NCBI GenBank assembly: GCA_902785555.1 | Contig: CACZZB010000001.1 | Coordinates: 35,282-99,281, forward strand | DNA from: an uncultured Ruminococcus sp. | GTDB taxonomy: Bacteria > Bacillota > Clostridia > Oscillospirales > Acutalibacteraceae | DNA: 64,000 nt | Direction: 5' to 3' | Part shown: positions 55,949 to 64,000 of the stretch, piece by piece | Layout of the letters: each line of letters opens with the position of its first letter | Position numbering within the stretch: position 1 is the first letter of the stretch | Notes under the pieces: generated by a model | Told to the model about the DNA's origin: nothing | Seen by the model: the letters and a program-made list of their open reading frames with translations, nothing else | Databases searched by the model: none | Made by a program: the position numbers and the translations under genes

Positions 55949-55980
55949 AGCGTTCTGTCTTTGTGACGGAACGCTTTTTT
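55949..55980 (+). terminator. intrinsic terminator 2 in the rtcB leader
   Basis: agcgttc pairs with gaacgct across a 13-nt loop, followed by tttttt. Confidence 0.55.
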
Positions 55981-56027
55981 AGTGCATTTTTACAGGCATT
56001 TACTATTCGACGAAAGGACTTGAATTT

Positions 56028-57189
56028 ATGATAATCTTAAATGGAAAATACAACTATGCAAAGGTTTTTACAGATGTTATCGAACAGGAAGCTATCACAC
56101 AAATTATTGAACTCCTCAATCAGCCTATGTCACAAAATCAGACAATAAGAATAATGCCGGACGTTCATGCGGGTTCGGGCTGTACTATCGGAACAACCAT
56201 GACTATCACAGACAAAGTGGTACCTAATCTTGTCGGCGTAGATATCGGCTGTGGTATGGAAACAATCAAGCTCGACGAAAGACACATTGAAGTTCAGAAA
56301 CTTGATAAACTGATTTACGAAAAAATCCCCTCAGGCTTTGCAGTCCGTTCAAAGCCTCACAGATATGCCGAACAGATAGACACTCAACAGTATAGGCACG
56401 CTTGGAGGCGGAAACCATTTCATTGAAGCCGACAAGGATGATGACGGTCATATCTATATCGTTATCCATTCAGGCTCACGTCATCTCGGACTCCAGGTAG
56501 CAAAGCACTATCAGCTTGAAGCCTATAAAATCCTCAACCGCTCCTCACAGAAAGAAATTGATGAACTTATCTCCCGTCTGAAATCAGAGGGCAAGGAAAA
56601 ACAGATTCAAAAAGAGCTTACAAAACTTACCCACACAAAGCATACAGAGGTTCCAAAAGACCTCGCTTATGCACAGGGACAGTTATTTGATGACTATATC
56701 CATGACATGAAGATAGTTCAGAAATTTGCCATGCTCAACCGTCAGGCTATGATGGACGAAATAATAAGGGGTATGAAACTCCACGTTGAGGAACAGTTCA
56801 CAACTGTCCACAACTATATTGACACCGATAACATGATTCTCAGAAAAGGCTCCGTTTCCGCTCGGAAAGATGAAAAACTCCTTATCCCGATAAATATGCG
56901 TGACGGTTCTCTTGTCTGCATTGGAAAAGGCGATCCCGACTGGAATTTCTCTGCTCCTCACGGTGCAGGCAGATTAATGTCCCGTTCAGATGCAAAGCAA
57001 TCCTTTACAGTTTCTGAATTCAAAAAACAAATGCAGGGCATTTATACCACCTCTGTCGGTCACTCAACTCTTGATGAATGTCCGATGGCTTATAAATCCA
57101 TGAATGATATCGTAGATAATATTTCAGACACCGCTGAAATTATACAGGTCATCAAGCCGATATATAATTTCAAAGCAGGAAATGAATGA
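56028..57189 (+). pseudogene. rtcB: RNA 3'-phosphate ligase RtcB, reading frame interrupted (+1 shift near 56377-56392)
   Basis: The N-terminal part (..IRIMPDVHAGSGCTIGTTM.., ..VGVDIGCGM..) runs in the frame of 56028 and stops at 56424-56426. The continuation ..SIGTLGGGNHFIEAD....IVIHSGSRHLG... to the C-terminus (..FSAPHGAGR.., ..ECPMAYK..) is in the next frame, open from 56380 to 57189. Confidence 0.8.
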
Positions 57190-57197
57190 TTTTTCTG

Positions 57198-57226
57198 TTG
57201 ACCGCTTAATCCAATTGTGCTATTAT
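57198..57226 (+). promoter_or_regulatory. sigma-A promoter for proBA
   Basis: TTGACC (57198-57203), 17 nt spacer, TATTAT (57221-57226). Confidence 0.55.
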
Positions 57227-57269
57227 ATATTTTATGGAATTATAAAGCTGAATTGGAGAAGAAAATATT

Positions 57270-58073
57270 ATGAATAATTTTCAGTCAAGAAGAATCGTTG
57301 TCAAGGTAGGCACCTCCACTCTGACATACGAAAACGGCAAAGTCAATATACGACGTATGGAAAAGCTGTGCAAAGTCCTCAGCGACCTGCATAATTCCGG
57401 AAAACAGATAATACTTGTAAGTTCCGGTGCTATCGGTGTAGGCATGGGAAAACTCAACATGGAAAAGCGTCCCAAGGAAACACGTTACAAACAAGCCCTT
57501 GCGGCTGTCGGTCAATGCGAACTCATGTTCCTTTACGACAAACTGTTCGGTGAATACAACAACCATGTCGCACAGGTTCTCTTAACAAAAAATGTTGTAA
57601 CCAATGACCATTCAAGACAAAATGTAGTCAACACTTTCCAATCACTCATTGAAATGGGTATTATCCCTATCGTCAATGAAAATGATACTGTTGCTATTGA
57701 TGAACTTGTAGGCGACAACTTCGGTGACAACGACAATCTCTCCGCAATAGTCGCTGATTTAGTCGCTGCCGATATGCTCATAATTCTGACAGACATTGAC
57801 GGACTGTACGATTCCGACCCACGCAAAAATCCCGACGCAAAAAAAATATCCGTTGTCACTCACATTGACGATAATATCCGTGAAATGGCGGGCGGTTCCG
57901 GTTCAAACAGAGGTACAGGCGGCATGGCTACAAAAATAACTGCTGCTGCGGCTGCAACAAGCTCGGGAATAAACTGCTGTGTAATGAGCGGAAATATTCC
58001 CGAAAATATCTACAAACTCCTTGACGGTGAACAGATAGGAACAATGTTCACTGCAAAAGATGGAACTATTTAA
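57270..58073 (+). CDS. proB: glutamate 5-kinase (short form without PUA domain)
   Basis: ..RIVVKVGTS.LT.. N-terminus, ..VSSGA...G.. and ..NEND.V......FGDND.LSA.. Confidence 0.9.
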   Translation: MNNFQSRRIVVKVGTSTLTYENGKVNIRRMEKLCKVLSDLHNSGKQIILVSSGAIGVGMGKLNMEKRPKETRYKQALAAVGQCELMFLYDKLFGEYNNHVAQVLLTKNVVTNDHSRQNVVNTFQSLIEMGIIPIVNENDTVAIDELVGDNFGDNDNLSAIVADLVAADMLIILTDIDGLYDSDPRKNPDAKKISVVTHIDDNIREMAGGSGSNRGTGGMATKITAAAAATSSGINCCVMSGNIPENIYKLLDGEQIGTMFTAKDGTI

Positions 58074-58091
58074 TAAACGGAGGTTTTTTTA

Positions 58092-59339
58092 ATGACAGTT
58101 ATTGAAGAAATGGGTGCAAAGGCTAAAACAGCCTCAAGATGTCTGCTTACAGCAGGTGAAAAGAAAAATGACGCTCTCAAAGCTATCGCAAAGGCTCTCA
58201 GGGAAAATGCCGATGAAATCATAAAGGCTAATCAGAACGACCTTGAAAACGGCGTTAAAAACGGTCTTTCGGCTTCTCTGCTCGACAGACTTAAACTCGA
58301 CAAAAAAAGAATTGACGGTATTGCTGACGGTGTTCTTGAAGTTGCTGCCCTGCCCGACCCTGTCGGCACAGTTATTTCAGGCAGTACAAGACCCAATGGA
58401 ATGAAAATCACAAAAGTCCGTGTTCCCCTTGGTGTTATCGGAATAATCTTCGAGGCTCGCCCAAATGTAACGGCTGATGCTGCCGTACTTTGTCTTAAAA
58501 GCGGAAACGCTGTTATACTTCGTGGCGGCAAGGAAGCTATCAATTCCAACAAGTGCATTACTTACATCATGCAGGACGCTATCGAAAGTGCAGGTCTTGA
58601 CAGAAATTCCGTTCAGCTTATTGAGGATACTTCAAGACAGTCCTCAATCGAACTCATGGAACTTACAGAATATCTTGATGTACTCATCCCGAGAGGCGGA
58701 AAGGGTCTTATACAGGCTGTTGTCAAAAATGCAAAAGTCCCTGTTATTGAAACAGGTGCAGGAAACTGTCATGTCTATGTAGATGAAAGTGCCGATATAA
58801 ATATGGCGGCTGATATCATCTACAATGCAAAAACTTCACGTCCCTCCGTATGCAATGCCATTGAAACCATACTCGTCCATGAAAATATAGCTGAAAAAGC
58901 CCTGCCCGTTATAAAGGCAAGGCTTGATGAAAAAAATGTTGAGCTGCGTGGCTGCGAAAAAACAAGAGCTATACTTGATGAAAGCGTTATCCCTGCCGAC
59001 GAGAGCGACTGGGAAACAGAATACGGTGATTATATCTTAGCCGTCAAGGTCGTTTCATCACTCAATGAAGCTACTGCACATATCGCCAAATACTCAACAG
59101 GTCACAGTGAATGTATCGTCACCAATGACTATAACAACGCAAATATATTCACTTCAACGGTCGATTCAGCCGCTGTTTATGTCAATGTTTCCACACGTTT
59201 CACCGACGGCGGTATGTTCGGACTCGGTGCAGAGATAGGCATATCTACTCAGAAACTCCATGCAAGAGGTCCTATGGGTCTTAATGAACTGACCTCCATG
59301 AAATTCATAATCGAAGGCAATGGTCAGGTAAGAATTTAA
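58092..59339 (+). CDS. proA: glutamate-5-semialdehyde dehydrogenase
   Basis: 415 aa with ..GVIG.IFE.RPNVT.D.A.LC.KSGNA.ILRGG.EA.. and the catalytic ..CNA.ET.LVH.. Confidence 0.92.
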   Translation: MTVIEEMGAKAKTASRCLLTAGEKKNDALKAIAKALRENADEIIKANQNDLENGVKNGLSASLLDRLKLDKKRIDGIADGVLEVAALPDPVGTVISGSTRPNGMKITKVRVPLGVIGIIFEARPNVTADAAVLCLKSGNAVILRGGKEAINSNKCITYIMQDAIESAGLDRNSVQLIEDTSRQSSIELMELTEYLDVLIPRGGKGLIQAVVKNAKVPVIETGAGNCHVYVDESADINMAADIIYNAKTSRPSVCNAIETILVHENIAEKALPVIKARLDEKNVELRGCEKTRAILDESVIPADESDWETEYGDYILAVKVVSSLNEATAHIAKYSTGHSECIVTNDYNNANIFTSTVDSAAVYVNVSTRFTDGGMFGLGAEIGISTQKLHARGPMGLNELTSMKFIIEGNGQVRI

Positions 59340-59668
59340 ATCAATAAATACATGAGTGCAATTATCAGGCTGTTATCCGTCTTTTCGTCCATCAAAAGAA
59401 GTATCAGACCAAGTATAAGTGTACGTTCCTTATCTTTCATAAGCGTTTCAAATAAACCGCCCGTTTCATTTTGTCTTTCGGGCGGTTTTTGGATATTTTC
59501 GGCATGGGGAGCTTTTATCTCGGATACAGGCTCAGGCTTCGGCTGATTATATGACGGCTGATTCTGCTGTTGCTGTACAGCCCTTGCACGACTCTGCATT
59601 TCTTCCGCACGTCTGACAGCCTCCTCCTGCATTCTTTTCATTTCGCTCTCGGTCATATCATTAATCAC
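59336..59668 (-). CDS. hypothetical protein with a Gln/Pro-rich centre and hydrophobic C-terminus
   Basis: 110-aa ORF. Last gene of a three-ORF minus-strand unit. No motif recognised. Confidence 0.5.
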   Translation of the reverse strand: MINDMTESEMKRMQEEAVRRAEEMQSRARAVQQQQNQPSYNQPKPEPVSEIKAPHAENIQKPPERQNETGGLFETLMKDKERTLILGLILLLMDEKTDNSLIIALMYLLI

Positions 59669-59680
59669 CGCCCTTTATAA

Positions 59681-59815
59681 AGTGTGAAGTTTGGAGAGTT
59701 GAGCAGTTTACAACTCAATTTTCTTCCGAACTTCACGATGTAAAGAAATAAGCGGATGTTGAGAATGAAGCGTAAAGTAAAACAGCTCCACTCTCCATTC
59801 TCAACTCTCCACACT
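59681..59815 (-). repeat. heptad-built hairpin element, family A copy 2 (starts at the stop codon of the upstream minus-strand ORF)
   Basis: Block gctccactctccattctcaactctccacact (59785-59815) is 28/31 identical to 2409-2439. Sub-hairpins: gtgaagtt (59683-59690) with aacttcac (59729-59736), and gttgagaatg (59758-59767) with cattctcaac (59796-59805). Confidence 0.7.
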
Positions 59816-60186
59816 CAAAACAGGTTTATCCCCGAACTTTTCAGCAATGGCAGTATCTTCATGAATCCAAGCATTTTTATTGCCCCGTCTATTCTTTTTG
59901 AACGTTCCTCTTTCAAGAACGGCTTCAGGGCTTTCAACAGTCTTATACTGTCATCATCACCGCCCATTGACTGCAATAACGGTGCTATCTTCATCATAGT
60001 ACCAAGCATATTCGGGTCGGGCATATTCAGTGATGAAAGGGAATTATTGTTCTGCGGTTCAGGCTTTTTTGCCTGCGTATCGGACTTTTCACTGCCTTGT
60101 CCGAACATTCCCGCAAGCCCCTTTATCTGTTCCATCATCTCGGGGTCACCTAATATCTCATTTATCTTACGGGAAATATCCTCCAT
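59815..60186 (-). CDS. hypothetical protein
   Basis: 123 aa. Its ATG is preceded by ggagg located in the 3' end of the upstream 54-codon ORF (..gggaggaaattaaATG). Confidence 0.55.
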   Translation of the reverse strand: MEDISRKINEILGDPEMMEQIKGLAGMFGQGSEKSDTQAKKPEPQNNNSLSSLNMPDPNMLGTMMKIAPLLQSMGGDDDSIRLLKALKPFLKEERSKRIDGAIKMLGFMKILPLLKSSGINLF

Positions 60187-60351
60187 TTAATTTCCTCCCA
60201 TCAGTTTTTTTATCAAAGCCTGTGCCTGCGGTGTCTTTAATATCTCTTTCGTCTTTTCTTTATCCGAAAGGATATCCTGCACCTGCTTCTGCTGTTCGGG
60301 CGACAGCTTATTGAACAGCTTTTCGGTACTCTGCTTATCCATTTTATCCAT
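60187..60351 (-). CDS. small hypothetical protein (54 aa) MDKMDKQSTEKLFNKLSPEQQKQVQDILSDKEKTKEILKTPQAQALIKKLMGGN
   Basis: Not in the ORF track (<60 aa). RBS ggtgg 9 nt upstream. The stop TAA directly abuts the next gene's ATG, which suggests translational coupling. Confidence 0.5.
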   Translation of the reverse strand: MDKMDKQSTEKLFNKLSPEQQKQVQDILSDKEKTKEILKTPQAQALIKKLMGGN

Positions 60352-60415
60352 TCTTCTTCACCACCTTTATTAAATGTATGCAACGATATTTTTAATTATG
60401 TCAGGAGGCATTGAT

Positions 60416-60910
60416 TTGAAAATAATAGCTTTTTCGGATTCACACGGCAATCATTTCGATATGGAAAAGGCTCTCAGAAAACACTCTGATGCCAAAGCCG
60501 TTATATTCTGCGGTGACGGTCACAACGACATCACTGCTATACAAAAAAATCACACCGACAAGACTTTTTACTGCGTCAAAGGAAACTGTGATTGGTGCTG
60601 TGACTTCGCTGCTTTACAGACAGTCACCCTCGGCGGTAAAAAATTTCTCATAACTCACGGACATATCCAGCGAGTCAAAGAAAGTCTTATGCAATTAACA
60701 TATCTCGGTCAGCAGGAAAATGCTGATATAATAGTATTCGGGCATACTCACCAACAGCTTACCGTATTTGAAGGCAACATGATACTTATAAATCCCGGCT
60801 CGGTCGGTAATGCAGGACAGTATACCACTATCGAGATAAACGAAAATACAGGAGAAACTGTCGTCAAAGAATTTCCCCATTCAAAATTCGGTATTTTTAC
60901 AATCAAATAA
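60416..60910 (+). CDS. YfcE/MJ0936-family metallophosphoesterase
   Basis: (M)KIIAFSDSHGN.., ..CGDG.. and ..HGH......GHTH.. motifs. The TTG start at 60416, 6 nt after aggagg, is preferred over the upstream ATG. Confidence 0.8.
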   Translation: MKIIAFSDSHGNHFDMEKALRKHSDAKAVIFCGDGHNDITAIQKNHTDKTFYCVKGNCDWCCDFAALQTVTLGGKKFLITHGHIQRVKESLMQLTYLGQQENADIIVFGHTHQQLTVFEGNMILINPGSVGNAGQYTTIEINENTGETVVKEFPHSKFGIFTIK

Positions 60911-60996
60911 AAGTATGACTTTATTATAAAATACAAATTTATTGACAAATCGGCTTTTACACTTTATAATATATAAAAAACAACATGGGAGGCATT

Positions 60997-62055
60997 ATGA
61001 AAATAAAAAAATATATAATAACATTTCTATGCCTTCTGACATCACTCTGCTTTGCAGGCTGTCAGGCTGAAATAAAAACTGCTGATACTTCAAATCTCAG
61101 CGAAAGTATAGTGACATCCTCTCAAAATGAAGAAAGCATTGATGTTCCGAAAATGTCCTATGACCAATCCAAAAGATTTTCTAATGAATACCGCTCCTGC
61201 AAATACTATCGGCAACTCATGTCAGCCCTGAAAAAAAACAAGGATTCTTCTTTCATGCAAAGAGTCCTTGATATTGCATTGTCCCAGGAGGGCTATCTGG
61301 CGTATGCACTTGAAGATATGTCCGTTGGACAGGTACGTGAAGAAGGCAATCTCTGGACAGGGGCAACCGCCCGAAACGGAAGCAATATGACAGGCAATAC
61401 GGAATATACCCGATGGTTTTATGAATACATCTTCGACAGCTACAACCCATATATCGACTGTGAATGGTGTTCCATATTCGTAAGCTGGTGTATGTATCAG
61501 GCAGGATATCATTCCGATGAAAAAAGCGACCCCGAATTTTATTATTCATACTGTGCCGACCCTCGCAAAGAATTTCCGGACAGCATTATCCAATCTTTCA
61601 ATTTAGACCAGAACAAAGTATGGTATACACCTACCGCCAACATAAAGCTCGATGACTTCAAAGACATAAATACTCCCGTCCATACAGACATTTCTCCCTA
61701 CGACATACCATACAAAAAAGGCGGTCTTGTATTCTTTTCATGGGACGGCACAGGCTGGTCTTTTGAACATATCGGCATAGTCACCGACTATGACAAGGAT
61801 GAACATATCCTAACATACATTGGCGGAAACGATTACAGTTCCGTTATGATAAATTCCATTGACTTCGATACAGATACCTTTGATGTACAGCCTGTTGTCA
61901 AAAATTCCGAAAGGATAATGGCTTATGCAGAATATGACGCTGAGCAGCCTCTCAAATCATGGTACATTGACGAATACGACAATTCAATAAAATATTTCAC
62001 CGACAATGACGGCAACAAGCATTTTTACTACAATGAACGGTATTACAATTCATAA
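60997..62055 (+). CDS. lipoprotein with a CHAP/NlpC-P60-like cysteine peptidase domain
   Basis: Lipobox ..LCFAGC. Putative nucleophile context ..CEWCSIFVSWCMYQAGY.. and a downstream ..FEHIGIV.. His. The family call is tentative. Confidence 0.55.
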   Translation: MKIKKYIITFLCLLTSLCFAGCQAEIKTADTSNLSESIVTSSQNEESIDVPKMSYDQSKRFSNEYRSCKYYRQLMSALKKNKDSSFMQRVLDIALSQEGYLAYALEDMSVGQVREEGNLWTGATARNGSNMTGNTEYTRWFYEYIFDSYNPYIDCEWCSIFVSWCMYQAGYHSDEKSDPEFYYSYCADPRKEFPDSIIQSFNLDQNKVWYTPTANIKLDDFKDINTPVHTDISPYDIPYKKGGLVFFSWDGTGWSFEHIGIVTDYDKDEHILTYIGGNDYSSVMINSIDFDTDTFDVQPVVKNSERIMAYAEYDAEQPLKSWYIDEYDNSIKYFTDNDGNKHFYYNERYYNS

Positions 62056-62095
62056 TTCACAAAAACAGACAAGTTTATTTCCAAACATAACAAAA

Positions 62096-62120
62096 AGCAG
62101 ACAGATTTTTTCTGCCTGCT
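62096..62120. terminator. bidirectional intrinsic terminator
   Basis: agcagacaga pairs with tctgcctgct (one mismatch), flanked by A- and T-runs. Confidence 0.65.
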
Positions 62121-62155
62121 CTTTTTTATTCAATTGTGCATTTATTAATTATGAA

Positions 62156-63790
<1,635 letters not shown>

Positions 63791-63805
63791 TTACCTCCGA
63801 ATATA

Positions 63806-64000
63806 TTATTCAACTACTGCAAGTATATCTGACTGACGAACTATTGTATATTCCTCACCGTCAAGCTTTACTTCTGTGCCTGAATACTTGCTTGTTATTA
63901 CTTTATCGCCTACATTGACATACATCGTAACTTCCTTGCCGTCAACCATTCCGCCGGGACCTACTGCAACAACTGTTGCGAACTGTGGCTTTTCCTGAGA
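63806..64000 (-). CDS. groES: co-chaperonin GroES, C-terminal part (5' end beyond the window)
   Basis: Hand translation gives ..MYVNVGDKVITSKYSGTEVKLDGEEYTIVRQSDILAVVE stop. Lies directly upstream of groEL. Confidence 0.9.
   Translation of the reverse strand, partial: SQEKPQFATVVAVGPGGMVDGKEVTMYVNVGDKVITSKYSGTEVKLDGEEYTIVRQSDILAVVE

Overview
Low-GC Firmicutes chromosome segment, class Clostridia. It comes from a spore-former, since spoIVB and spo0A are present, and the gene content looks Ruminococcus/Oscillospiraceae-like. That taxonomic guess is inference only.

Most of the window is ordinary housekeeping:
- pyrC-pyrF, and comEC-holA followed by RNase M5-like and rnz genes.
- A long conserved minus-strand block: yicC-remA-gmk-rpoZ-priA-def-fmt-rsmB-rlmN-stp-prkC-rsgA-thiN-coaBC.
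- spoIVB-spo0A, pgk-tpiA-gpmI, proBA, groES-groEL, and one tRNA-Thr(CGT).

I saw no transposase, integrase, phage genes or CRISPR array.

Observations that stand out:
1. An ~850 nt unit at 47582-48468 (minus strand). It has a near-consensus extended -10 promoter and a strand-specific intrinsic terminator, but no credible long ORF. This is a candidate large structured ncRNA that also carries a 29-codon ORF with a strong SD.
2. A ~175 nt rod-like candidate sRNA at ~49026-49215 (+) whose 5' and 3' ends pair.
3. Three ~135-145 nt intergenic elements built from degenerate heptad repeats that form hairpins. Each starts directly at the stop codon of a minus-strand gene and lies upstream of the next same-strand gene. 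Two copies share a 28/31-identical block.
4. A three-gene operon of stand-alone condensation domain, acyl carrier protein and fatty-acyl-AMP ligase (a minimal NRPS-like lipid-amide type cluster).
5. A frameshifted rtcB preceded by a leader with a 28-codon ORF and two tandem terminators.
6. Domain oddities: MscL with a C-terminal zinc ribbon, PrkC with a ~235 aa extra C-terminal region containing 5 perfect 15-bp repeats, ComEC with a degenerate metallo-beta-lactamase motif, and an orphan PqqD-like protein.

All functional calls rest on motifs I could read in the translations. No database search was run.
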